Assembly: GCF_009914755.1 (NCBI RefSeq)
Contig: NC_060930.1
Length of the DNA: 64,000 nt
From: the human T2T-CHM13v2.0 reference genome, Homo sapiens
Strand: one strand, 5' to 3'
The stretch's first letter is position 1, and the number at the start of each line of letters is the position of its first letter. Of the stretch, positions 32,761-55,029 are shown piece after piece. Made by a program: the position numbers and the translations under genes. The notes under the pieces were generated by a model. It had not been told where the DNA came from and made no database searches. It saw only the letters and a list, made by a program, of their open reading frames with translations.

Positions 32761-33025
32761 CCTGAATATTCTGTAAAACCCGATTTTTTTTCCCATTTTG
32801 CTTTTCTTTGGTGTGGCACGTTTTTCGTTTTCAGTTTATTTACTATTACTTCACCCCATTTTTAAACCTTTTAGAAAATAAAAGGGAACATCATTTCATA
32901 CAGAAGACACTTCTAACTTGTCGATTCCCACTAATCTTACATTTCTTGGGGCAGCCACCACCTGTATCTTCTGTGTATTTGTCCTACACACAATTGAACA
33001 CAGTAGTTGCTCAATGAATGACTGA

Positions 33026-33381
<356 letters not shown>

Positions 33382-33536
33382 TGAAATATTTCTTTAAAAC
33401 TCTGTGCTGATGCTATTTAAATTGAACTCTGAAGGATAAAGTGGATCTGTTGGAAAGCCTGACATATATAAGGAGATCAATAGTACTTGTTGAATGAACA
33501 AAGGAATATATATTTTATATAATTGAGGGTTTTCTT

Positions 33537-33569
<33 letters not shown>

Positions 33570-33573
33570 TTGA

Positions 33574-33678
<105 letters not shown>

Positions 33679-35025
33679 TGAGTAGCTGGGATTACAGGCA
33701 TGCGCCACTGTGCCCAGCTAATTGTGTATTTTTAGTAGAGATGGGGTTTCACCATGTTGGTCAGGCTGTTCTTGAACGCCTAACCTCAGGTGATCCACCC
33801 GCCTCAGCCTCCCAAAGTGCTGGAGTTACAGGCGTGAGCCACCGCGCCCGGCCCGAGAGTTTTTGATAAGTGTATGCTTCTTTAAAGACTGCTTTGTTCC
33901 TTCAATATTATAATCAATTTTCCATTTGTTAAAAATTCTTCAAAAATGTATTTATTTATTTATTTTTTTTTTGAGACAGGTCCTGGCTCTGTTGCCCAGG
34001 CTGGAGTGCAGTAGCACGATCATGGCTCTCTGCAACTACCACCTCCCAGGCTCAAGAGATCCTCCCACCTCAGCCTCCTGAGTAGCTGGGACTACAGACA
34101 CCTGCCACTACACCTGGCTAATTTTTGTATTTTTGGCAAATACGGCGTCTTCCTATGTTGCCCAGACTTGTCTCTAACTCCTGGGCTCAAGCGATCCTCC
34201 TGCCTTAGCCTCCCAAAGTGCTAGGATTACAGGCATGAGCCACCGTGCCCAGGCCAAGAATGTGATTTTTAAATGGCTACATTCATCATATGACTAGATC
34301 GTAGTTTATTTTGCTATATAGATTATTCAAAAATTTTGGTATTAGAAAAAAAACTGAAACGAACATCTTCGGACAACTAAAGTCTTCAGATACTGCTAAT
34401 TATTAAGAGCCACCCGGTTACTCTAGTCCACCCAGAATAGTGTTTGCATTAGACTCATAGCCCCAAGTTGTCAATATCAAGTAACTGTTTATCATGGGGA
34501 GGGAAACTGCTTTTTCCTCTCGTTTTTATTTATTTATTTATTTATTTTGAGACAAAGTCTCGTTCTGTCGCTCCGGCTGGGGTGCAGCGGCGCGATCTCG
34601 GCTCACTGCAACTTCTGCCTCCTGGTTCAAGCAATTCTCCTGCCTGAGCCTCTCGAGTAGCTGGGATTACAGGTGCTGGCCACCATGCCCGGCTAATTTT
34701 GTATTTTTAGTTGAGACAGGGTTTTACCGTGCTGGCCAGGCTGGTCCCAAGCTCCTGGCTTCAGGTGGATCCACTTGCCTCGGCCTACCAAAGTGCTGGA
34801 TTACAGGTGTGAGCCACCACACCTGGCCACAGATTTTTGTTTTTAATGTTTTGTTAACTATTTCTATGTAAATTTTCCCTTTGCGTTGTTTATTTAAGGC
34901 ATTTACACACTTTATTTGGAGGAGTCCATGGCACAAAAACAGTTATGAACATGTGCTCTGTTTTTTTTTTTCCTTTTCCCCCAATTCTCTTTCCTTTTCA
35001 CAAAGTTGATGAAAGGCATGACTGA

Positions 35026-35256
<231 letters not shown>

Positions 35257-36078
35257 TGAACTTCTGACCTCGTGATCCACCTGCCTCGGCCTCCCAAAGT
35301 GTTGGGATTACAGGAGTGAGCCACTGCGCCCATCCCATTTATTTAATTTTTTGAATCAAAGAGGAGATGCATTATAGTGTACTTTTTTCTTTCCATCTCA
35401 AATTTCACTTAATGCGAAGCCTTTCTTGTCCAGCTCCATGCCGTCAAAAGATCTTTAAAAGAAACAGAAGATTTCACATGTGTACAAGGATTGAGTCATC
35501 CTTAACCTATTATTAAGAGGATTTTTACAATTGAAAAGGACGTTTCGGGCCACCAAGCAGCTGGAAGCCAGTGAGTAATACGATTTTGGAGGGAAATGGT
35601 TTTTGTGAACAGGTGGAAATGATTTGACCAGGACGCACTGGCTCACTCTTCTAACCAAATGGATGATAGAAAATTTGTGTTTTGCTCTCAACTTGAAATC
35701 CAAAATTCTACTTGTATAAATCAATCTAATTCCTGCCTTATCTTTGATAACATTACTGATAAACTGTTTAAAACTAAATGAGGTCCAACTTCACATGAAT
35801 CTGTAAAAGTATGCATTAATTTTCCATTTTTATTTTTTATTTTTTCTCATCATTTCTCAAATGGAATGTGATTTGAACCACTGAAATCCAAATAATTGTG
35901 GTCTTGGAGAAGACTCATCAGCCACTTCCATTATTGAGATGAATTCAAAGAGTCAATAACTTGGGCAAGCGTCCTTCCAGTCCCAGCTCTGTTACTAAAT
36001 AAGTATGTAATTTGAAGATAGGTCACAAAATCTAGCTAGCTTTTCATTCATTTTGCTACTTAATGTTCTTATATATAA

Positions 36079-36597
<519 letters not shown>

Positions 36598-36837
36598 TGA
36601 ACTCCTGATCTTGTGATCTGCCCGTCTTGGCCTCCCAAAGTGCTGGGATTACAGGCGTGAGCCACTGCGCCCGGCCAGTTGGTGGTATCTCTTATACAAC
36701 AACACACTTTTGCAAGTTTACTGCTTTTATGGGAAGTTTAAAATGGTTTCTATAAGACAAATCGTGAAGATATAATTAAATGTATTAGTAAGGAAGAACC
36801 AAAGGCTAGAACTTATTTTCAGGTAAAAGAATCCATT

Positions 36838-37152
<315 letters not shown>

Positions 37153-38873
37153 TCACATTGTAGACTGTTGACACTATATATAGAAATTCTTCATGGAATG
37201 GAGGAGTATTTTGTAGCATTGAGGGGTCTGGCCTAGCAGCAGGACTCCAAGGGTAGAAATTGAAGCGAACATTGTTGAATGACTATACAAAAGTCTTTTT
37301 CTTTGTCTTTTGCTGGCGCAGACACCATCTTGTCTGGGGATCCTTCCCCGTGTTGATACCACCCCCGCTTCCCAATGATTGCTTTACGGGTGGGATGCAG
37401 TTCTAGCCAAGGTGAGGCAAGGTCACTGGATGCTTCTGGGAAACATCATCTTGCTCTTACAAAACAGCTTATGAAGAGACATCCCCCTTCTTCCTTTGGA
37501 GGTTTTCGTGTCTGGATGCAATGCTCTATTTACTGCATTTTACACATGAAATAACACGACTCAGAATAAGACACTTGCCAGTGGTAACAAATGGCAGAAC
37601 CTGTATTTGAACAAGGTCAAGGGGTCCCAGCCTATTGTTTTTGCCACCACCTACGTCACCTCCCATAAAAATAGCACTCTATCATACGTTTTGCAAAGTA
37701 TTTCATACTTTATTAAAAAATTCATATGTATACCATAAGAACACTATGACATAGGTATTATTACACTTACTTGATCTGTGAGGCAATAGAGCTTCAATCA
37801 GGTCCACACAGCTAGTAAGTGGCTGGGTTGGCACTTGAACCCAATGACTTCCAAGTCTTCTGCCCTTTCTGTGGTCCCAGAGATTACTATTTAAGGACGA
37901 ATAATAAGATCTCCCAGAGATCAGAAATGCAACTCTGAAAACATAGACTTTGTCCTATCGGTTGTTGGTTTTCAACCTGTGCTTTTCTGAGCACTAAGCG
38001 TTCTGTGGAGGTACTTTGGGGACTTTGGGTGGCATGGACAATGGAGGTCATGGAGAAGGATGTTAGTGGGACTCTAGAGCCTCACCCTTTGTTTACAAGG
38101 TCAACAGAGGGATCTCCAAATTGATCTGTTCTAAATACTGGGCTCCTGAAAAAGACTCCAATTGAACAAAGTTTCATTGGCTTTAAAAGGAGTAAGGGCT
38201 AGGCTGGGCACAGTGGCTAATGCCAGCACTTTGGGAGGCCAAGGTGGGAAGATTGCTTGGAGCCAGAAGTTTGAGACAAGCCTGGGCAACATAGTGAGAT
38301 CCTGTCTCTACAAAAAATTAAGAAGTCAGCTGGGCGAGGTGGCTCATGCCTGTAATCCCAGCACTTTGGGAGGCCAAGGTGAGAGGATTTTGTTTTTTCT
38401 CTTTTATGAATCTCATCATTCCTCGTTAATCTGAACATCCTTGAAGACAGAGTTGAGTACCTTTTACTCTCTCTTTAACTCACTGTACACTCTGATCAGT
38501 GGTCTGTATTCAGCAGGCTGATTTATCAGATGAAATAGAAGCAGTTGATGGTCTTAAATCAGTGTTTTGTATCTAGTGATAACACTTTTAGGAGCTATCT
38601 CAAGGGACATCTGTCTCTGGGAAGGCTGAGGTGTTCATTTTTTAAAAAAAATCATTAGCTGATTGCTCAGCTTCCTGTGTCTTGCTTCCTTCTCTCTTTT
38701 ATAAGAGGAAGTTTTACAGACCAAATACATTTATGGCCAGTAATGCAAGTTTATAAATAGGGTATTTTAATTGAGGTTAAATCTGTGAAATCAGCAGAAG
38801 ATAAAACATCTTTCCAAAAGTTAGACTAATTTATGATGATGATGTTTCTGAGAGGGGCAGATGAGAATCACTT

Positions 38874-38882
38874 TATATATAC

Positions 38883-38939
<57 letters not shown>

Positions 38940-38955
38940 TATATATATATATATA
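38874..38955. repeat. Compound (TA)n/(CATA)n/(CA)n microsatellite
   Basis: Direct reading. Confidence 0.92.
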
Positions 38956-39478
38956 GGATTGGCTAAACTTCAACTGGTAATAAAAATCCAGCCTGGTCTG
39001 AATCAGAAAACTTACTGAAATGTTTTTGAATGCTTTTGTGAAACCTCAGCAGGAAGTTAGAATCAACACGGGGAATCCAGGGCAGTAAGTACATATGAGA
39101 AACAGTCGTTGCTCTCAGCTTTTAAAAACAAGAAGTATTTGTTGCTTTTTGAAAGAAAGTTGGCGCAATTTTAAAAGAAATCTGACACATGTCTAAAATG
39201 GGGTCAGGAAAATCCCACACTAACCCCTCCCACCACCCAAAGCCATAAGATTTTCCAAAATAATAAGGGCATTTTAAAGATCCGGAAGAAGCTGTCTTTT
39301 TTCTTTCGTTTAGAAACCATGTTTACTTTTGAGGTTGATTTTAACGGAATGTTAGTCAAGTTATCATCTTTTTGGAGGAATTTTTACCGTTGGTCTTTCT
39401 AGAACTTCAACGTGTGGGAGCAATATCATTTTCTCATTGCTACCTTAGAATAATCCTGAGTAACCTCGCTTTGGTGGT

Positions 39479-39918
39479 TGTGTTAGTCAGGGTCCCCTAG
39501 AGGGACAGAACTAATAGGATATATACATATATGTATGGAGTTTATTAAGGAGTATTAACTCACACGATCACAAGGTCCCACAACAGGCCATCTGCAAGCT
39601 GAGGAGCAAGGAAGCCAGTCCAAGTCTCAAGGCTGAAGAACTTGGGAGTGCGATGTTTGAGTGCAGGAAGCATCCAGCACAGGAGAAAGATGTAGGCTGT
39701 GAGGCTAAGCCAGTCTAGCCTTTTCATGTTTTTCTGCCTGCTTTATATTTGCTGGCAGCTGATTAGATGGTGCCCACCCAGGTTAAGGGTAGGTCTGCCT
39801 TCCCTAGCCCACTGACTCAAATGTTAATCTCCTTTGGCAACACCCTCACAGACACATCGGGCTCAATACTTTGCGTCCTTCAATCCCATCAAGTTGACAC
39901 TCAGTATTAACCATCACA
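39479..39918 (-). mobile_element. ERVL solo LTR, MLT2A1-like
   Basis: Minus strand starts TGTGATGGTTAATACTGAGTGTCAACTTGAT; 440 bp TG...CA; near-TSD GTGGT/ATGGT. Confidence 0.82.
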
Positions 39919-41352
39919 ATGGTCATAACGGCAACCTTAACGTCCTGTTCTATTGACGGCTCACGGGCACATCCTGTGAATGGACAGGGATCCTGAGGGA
40001 AGACGAGTCCTGGGGAGGGCTTTGTAGCCACAGGCTTGCAGGCTTTGAGGGTGAAATCTTGATTTTTATGAATTTAGATGAGAAACTGAGCTATTAAATG
40101 GACAAGACATTGGCATTTGAGGTCCACTATCTTCTCAGCCTTCCCCGCTCCCCAAACAGTTTCCATTGTGAAATAATCTGTCTTGTGATTATCATATGCT
40201 TTTCTTATACGTATTCATATATTTAGTTAAATTTCTGTCTTGGCTGGGGAGATAGCGTGTCTTTATAAGATGTTTGGGATACCTCTGCTTTGGTTTAACC
40301 ATATGAGGCCAATTGATTGATTGATTTTATTTCATTTATTTATTTATTTGAGACAGGGTCTCGCTCTGTCACCAAGGCTGGAGTGCACTGGCCTGTCATA
40401 GTTCACTGCAGTCTCAAACTCCTGGACTCAGGTGATCCTCCCACTTCGGCCTCTCAAAGTGCTGGGATTTCAGGCGTAAGCCATCACGCCTGGCCCATAG
40501 TCCAATTGATAGTTCTAAGTTCCTGGAGGCAAGGCATCTCTTTGTTGCTCCAACCCCTTTCTAAAATTCCTATTTTCCAAAAGTAAAGAAAATGCTTCAA
40601 AAATGTATTCTTACATACTGAGTAGTTAAAAAAAATTAAGCCAAAGATCTTCCAAATTTCAGAATAATTTAGAGTAAGAGTAAACACTTTGCTTTGCTAG
40701 CCCTTCTTTGTGGTGTCTTATGGGAGAATTCTCTGCTCTGTGTTTTAGAAGAGCAATGCTAATAGCTCATACTTATTTTGTACTTTGTCCTAGGTTCTGC
40801 AGACTAAGCATTTTACATACATTACATAACTTAATCTTCAAAGCAACCACATGGATTATGCACTGCTATTACTTCTATGTTACAGATGAGGGATAGGCCC
40901 TAGGAGGTTGAGAAGCTTATCCAAGATCAGGGAATTCAGAAATGGCAAAGACAGGATTTGAACCCAGACACCCTTACTCCAGGGTGTGTCTACTTAACCA
41001 CTGTTAGAGGGCCTTCAAGTCCAGGGGTAAATCCAAGGACTTTCAGTTTTTTAATTTTTATTTTTAGAGATAGTCTCCGTGTGTCACCTAGGCTGGAGTG
41101 CAGTGGCACGATCTTGGCTCACTGTAACCTCGAACTACTGGGCTCAAGCCACCCTCCCACCTGAGCCTCTTAAAGCACTGAGATTACTGGTGTGAGCAAC
41201 CACACCTCGCCAGCTTTCAGTATTTTTTTAAAAGGACATTGTAGTTCTTGAGCAAAAAAAAGAAAAGAGATCTCTCGTATACTTTCTGTATTTTTGGTTT
41301 TCGTTTTCATATATATGAAACCAGATCTCATTTATAATACATTTTAAATTAA

Positions 41353-41832
<480 letters not shown>

Positions 41833-42610
41833 TGAAGACTTTTGTTCTTAGCTGTCTTCCTCTGTCAACATCCTTGGTGACATCAGCATCCAGCTATGCG
41901 ACCCATCCAAAATCTTGGCCATTCAGTTCGTTGATGACATGCCTCAGAATCAATGATTTTTTTTTGCAATATTTCAACTGAGCCACCTATTCCCATGGTT
42001 ACAGCCTAGGCCAGGAACTGCACTATCTCTGGTTTTAAGCATCCTACTCTGCCCACCACCGACTCTCCTTTCAATTCCCTTAACTGGAATAGCCCCATTG
42101 CAACAATGCTCTGACCTCATCAGGACCTCTCAGTCATTGATCCTGTTCTATTTTTTCAAACTCCTATATTCCTTTATTTTCTTCCTCTCTTCATTTTCTT
42201 GACTATCCAGCTTAAATTCTATGATCCATCATTATAATGACTCCCTTGTAAATACAATCAATTACCTTGTTCCTCTCTCTATCTTACTTTCCTGGCATAA
42301 CCCTGACCTTGGCTGAAGGTAACTATGTTCCATTTTCTCAAACAATGGAAACATATAGGAGAAAAATCATACAATTGAGCTGACTGGTTTCATTTTAAAA
42401 TCATTACCATAAACCTCAAGGGCTCACTCAGCACTGCTGGGTAATTCCATTGTTTCCCTGTATGGTGTTCTCCAAGTGTTAGTCATTCCTCTATCATCTG
42501 TATGACTTTTGCTGTATCTGAATACTACCTATGCAATCATTTACTAAATAATTTAGCTTAAGTTGATTCCAATTGAAAAATGTACCCATATCCTAAACTT
42601 TGACCTAGAC

Positions 42611-44960
<2,350 letters not shown>

Positions 44961-46049
44961 TTCTTATTAGTAGTAGACTTCAGCTCTTCTAGGGAAACCC
45001 CCAAAGGGAAAAAAACTTTAGGAATAATTGGCTGCCAGGTGATTCAGAGGACAGAGGATTCAAAGAAGGCTCGTGGAGCTCTTGCTTCACCCCAGACTTT
45101 CCATAATCCTCCCGATTGGTTGACACTTTTCCTATAAAAAAAACATGTGATGTGGTCCTTCTGGCAGTCCTTTGCTAGAAAGTGCTTTCTCCTCCTAGAA
45201 CAGAAAAATGTTAACATTGATTGCCCAGTTTATCCCTCTAAATTTTTCCAAGAATATTAAAGTATTTTAAACTTGCAATTTCACAACTGAAAGATCACTT
45301 CAGTAAGACCATGAATGGTGGTATTATATTATATACAACAAATCTTTTTGACTAGTTAAGAAAATACCAATTAAAACAGAATTCAAAAGTATTGAATTTA
45401 CAGTCAAATAAACATCATATAGGACCAGAAAAATATGTTTATTGTAGGTGTTTTTTAGAACCTTATATTTACCCAACTAAAATGTCTTGAAATGTACTTT
45501 ACATTTTTGATAAGATGTTTTTTAAAAGAACAATTGTGATTTACCTTAATAGTGAAACTGAAGGTCTTTCAGTTTATTTTTCATAAAGTGAGCTCTCAGT
45601 GGTTCTCTAAGCTTAGCGTATAATAAAGTTATAAGATGGATCACATTTATTTTAGGTGTAAAAATATATTGGAAACAGTCATATGTATGGGGAAAGATAG
45701 AAAATGGACCTTAAAATAAATGAAATGAAATGTATGAAAATCTTTGGAAATGACACTGACAAATTGTTTGACAACCAACTTTATGTCACAATAGAACAAA
45801 TAAGGGACGGGGATCTGTTTTAGGATGAATTAAAGTCATTGCTGAAGAGTGTTCATTTATTAGATAAATCAGGATCAGCAAACAAGTGAAACAAGTCTAG
45901 GAAAGGACTGAGAATGGCTTTAAAGACCTTTAAGAGCTGCCACTCGCTTGGAATAGCAGGTTTCAGTGGTCTGTACTTCACCAAGTAATCTTCTGGTAGA
46001 TGACTGAAGGAGCTGCTTGCAGGTTTTGAGAACATTTCGTTCAGCTAGG

Positions 46050-47403
<1,354 letters not shown>

Positions 47404-48250
47404 AGTGTTTAGGAAAATACTAAAATTAAGCCTACTCTTTTAAACAACCTTTAGACAATTAAAATGTCATAGGAGTGATTTCAGTGACAAGTTTTCAATC
47501 GGAAGTCAAAAGCTCCAAAAGTTATCATATTACAAATGTTCCCGTGAGAAACATGTACATCTGTAAAACAAACAAGCAAACAAGCAAAAGGAGGAAACCA
47601 GAGTTCTAAACTTACGACACCACAAGAAAACTCCAAAACAGAGGTCTGTACGGAGGTATTGTGGGCCACACGGTGCTGCCCACACACGGGGTTTTGTGAG
47701 AGGTCTGGACTGGAACTTGTTTGTACATTTTTTCTTCCCTCCTTTGCTTAAACTGTTATCAGACCTAGAGACCGCCCCCCTCCAACTCCCAGCCTGAAAT
47801 GTTCTACCACCATGGTCCCAGCTAGCCCAAATCGTCATCTCCTCCAAGGTCCAGACCTCGGGGTCCCCCAGCTCAACTTCTTTGACGTCATCACATCATC
47901 AGATGCTGCTTGAAGAGTCACTTGGCTCATGTCTTGATATCCCAGAAATCTCAAAGGCATCTGGGGAGGGCTGAGCCAAGTACTTTTTCTGCCTCCAGTT
48001 ACCACAAAATCACATTGTTTTATACAGAGAAAAATCTGTTTCATGCTGATTTTTAAAGACTGCAAATTTATATCTTCTATTCTCATGAATAAGAGCTACA
48101 AGGTTGACCAAACTGAGCAGAATTAGGCTTTATGACATGGGATTCTTAAACAATTGGATTAGAGTTAATGGAGAAGGATTTCCATCTGGTTCTCTTCCAG
48201 GTGTCTTGAGTTTTCATCAATTTTGTGTTTCCTCTGGCAGTGTTGGTTCA

Positions 48251-49793
<1,543 letters not shown>

Positions 49794-50183
49794 CCAAAAG
49801 CTTTAAAGTGAGGTGAATGCAGATTCCATTTTCAGATTCTGCTACAAATTGTGGGACCTTAAACAAGTTACTCATCTTCTCTGTGCTTTAGTGTTATGAT
49901 CTGGAGCCTGATCTTCATTCTACCACTTACCCTGTACATCTTGGAAATTTTATTTTATTTCCCTGTGACTGTTGCCTTGTCTTGCAGATGGATTATTCTA
50001 ACATCCACTTCATAATCTTGTTTCATTTAAGGAGATTGATCATACGTGGGAAGCACTTAGAACAGTGCATGGACGAGCACGAGTATTTCATAATGAGCAG
50101 CTGTGGCTGTTACTAACACTGGTATTACTAGTACCCGTACTTCCAGGCAGGGTTGTTGAGAAGGTGAAATGAAAGAACGCACA

Positions 50184-50330
50184 CCAGGGCAGGCTACATA
50201 ATTTGTGGACCCCGGTACAGAATGAAAATGCAGGACACCTTGTTCAAAACTTCCTAAAAACGTCAAGACTGGGACAGCTGAGTATTAAACCAAGCGCAGG
50301 ACCCGGACCTGCACAGGTTGCACGCTCGCA
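50184..50330 (+). mobile_element. MER45A-like hAT element upstream of CCDC170
   Basis: CAGGGCAGGCTACATAATTTGTGG...AATGAAAATGC...TTGTTCAAAA...TTAAACCAAGCGC...CTGCACAGGTTGCACG. Confidence 0.7.
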
Positions 50331-50469
50331 GACACATTTGCACACAGTGTGTGCTAAATAAATGCTCCGTTCACCCTTGTGAAGTTTCCTATGCCTCACT
50401 CGCGCCAGCACCGTTCACAGTGCCCACTGGCTGTATTTATCGCTGACATAAGGATGAGGCCTGGAATTG

Positions 50470-51060
50470 CATTCACTGCAGAGTCCCACCGGGAGGACCG
50501 ACCGTTATCCCCGCCGACTCCCCTCCAGGTCGCCCTGGCAGTTTCGGCCGCTCAGTTGCAGGCCCTCGCCACGGAGGCCACGCTCGGGGGTTCGGGGTCC
50601 ACCCCGGCCTCCTGCGGCCGGGCCACCCTACTCGCGCGCAGCCGCGCGCCGCCGCGTCCCCGCGGTGTTTACCCGTTGCCCGAGGAGACACCCGCGCCAC
50701 CCGCCGGCTCCCGGCGCCGCCGCTTCCTCAGGGCCGGTTCCGGGTCCGAGCGCGCCCCCGGGCTCGGGTCGTCATGAGCCTGGACTGCACCAGCCATATC
50801 GCGCTGGGTGCCGCTTCGCCAGCGCCCGAGGTACGGTCCCAGCCGCCGGCCGCGCGCGGGGGTGGCCCTGGGGATAGACGACCCAGGAGGGGCCGAGGCG
50901 CCCCTGATTTGCACCCTTTTCCTCCCGGAGGCGTGGGCAGAATCAGAGCAGCTCTGTGCCCGCGAGGGCTGTGGCCTGGGACTGCCAGGGCGCTGATTTC
51001 AGGAGGGGATGGGCAGGACCGGAGTTTGCGGAGCGCGTCTGAATTTTAGGTTGTGCCACT
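50470..51060. promoter_or_regulatory. CCDC170: CCDC170 CpG island promoter
   Basis: CpG-dense segment surrounding the first coding exon. Confidence 0.88.
50774..50830 (+). CDS. CCDC170: CCDC170 (C6orf97) exon 1 coding part, MSLDCTSHIALGAASPAPE; the remaining exons lie outside the window
   Basis: GTCATGA start in a CpG island, 57 nt, donor GAG|GTACGG; peptide recognised as the CCDC170 N-terminus; gene order fits 6q25.1. Confidence 0.9.
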
Positions 51061-51368
51061 CTGCTTCTCTGACCATTTAAACCGGTGACATTCGAAAGAC
51101 TGTGGCCGGGCAGTTCCTCCCCGCCACCCCTGGGAGCAAAGAATTCCTTCATTTAACTTTCCCTGCTTAGCTACTGAAGTGTGCTTCGGAGCAATTTCTG
51201 GAAAATCTGATGTGGCAGGAGGAGGGCCAGCCCGGAGTAGAGTCACCGGCCCTTTCGTTGCGAAGTAATCCAGAAACGTTGGTAATTCAGTTGTTCCTGA
51301 ATGCATCTACTCATTTACTCCCAGGAGTTACTTAGGTACTGGGGACTTTCAGGTATTAGATGTACCAA

Positions 51369-51488
51369 TGCGCGCGCGCACACACACACGAACATGCGCG
51401 CATACACAGACGCTCGTGCACACACGCGAACAGGCACATACGCGAACAAACACGGGCGCGCACACACACGAACACGGGCATATGCATA
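51369..51488. repeat. Degenerate (CG)/(CA) alternating purine-pyrimidine tract
   Basis: TGCGCGCGCGCACACACACACG... direct reading. Confidence 0.85.
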
Positions 51489-52134
51489 CTTGGGCGCACA
51501 AGAAGATCTGGCTGGCTCAGCCTGGGTTAAGAATCCCCCTTTGGCCTTGGCATCGGGGCCCACCGGGTATCGTGTGTATTGGGAGTAGTTGCCAGAGATG
51601 GGGAAATTGTGTTCAGCTCAACTGCTAACCGCAAGTAACTCACCCAATTAGTAAATGATGGAGGATTTTTCTTTCTTTCCAAAGTTTTGGACTTTTCCTA
51701 CCACGCTGTGTACTGACCATAGATATCCCTGGGGGATGTAGTGGATTCAAAACATGAGTTGGATTCTCCAACGTGCCATCGGAATTCTTCTAATATTCAG
51801 CAGCTTTGATTGTTGTTTTACATCTGACCTGTATTTAGATTTCTCTGATTCCTGGAATATTTGTGGAAAATAAGTACCACTGTGTGCAAATAAAACTATT
51901 TTTTCTTTCTTTCTAACTCAGAGGCCAGTTACTAGATGTTTTTTCTTTCATCTGACATTTTCATATTTGACTTTATTAATTTTTATCCCAATGTGGTGTC
52001 TTAACCATACATAAGTATGTGGTATTTTTATATTATTAATATATATTTTTTTTGGTGAGCCCATTGAGAGTAAATTACAGCCATCATGATTCTTTCTTTC
52101 TCTCTCCTTTTTTTCTCTTGTTCTCTCCCTCCCT

Positions 52135-54630
<2,496 letters not shown>

Positions 54631-55029
54631 CTAATTATAAAATAGGATCACCAGTCAGCAAAAAGCTGTAGCAATAGTTCTGTGGAAAGTGCTTGGATTC
54701 CAAATCCTCTGACACCAGTGAGAAGCCACAGACATATGGTGGCTTGTAGGCTCTCTTGCTGTGGCAGTGTTTTCACATACCTGGAAAACCTAGATCAAAG
54801 TTACAGCTCCAGTAGATACCATTGTTGGGAATTTGAGCATCTCTTTCCTTTCTGTAAAACAAGGGTTAATTAGAATAACTATCAACAGAATTGTTATGAG
54901 AAGCAAATGTAAATAGCAACACACTCTATCAGCAGCTATAGTTCCTCAAAACAAAGGACTTAGAGCTGGTCATAGCTAACTATAAAGGAGTTAAAGTCTG
55001 TTTTCCTTTTTCTTCCCATCATTTCTACT

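Noticed and set aside
50379-51628. 132-aa and 136-aa ORFs over the CCDC170 island and Thr/His/Arg-rich ORFs at 51301-51628
   Set aside because: Explained by GC-rich composition and the CA/CG repeat; the true exon is only 57 coding nt.
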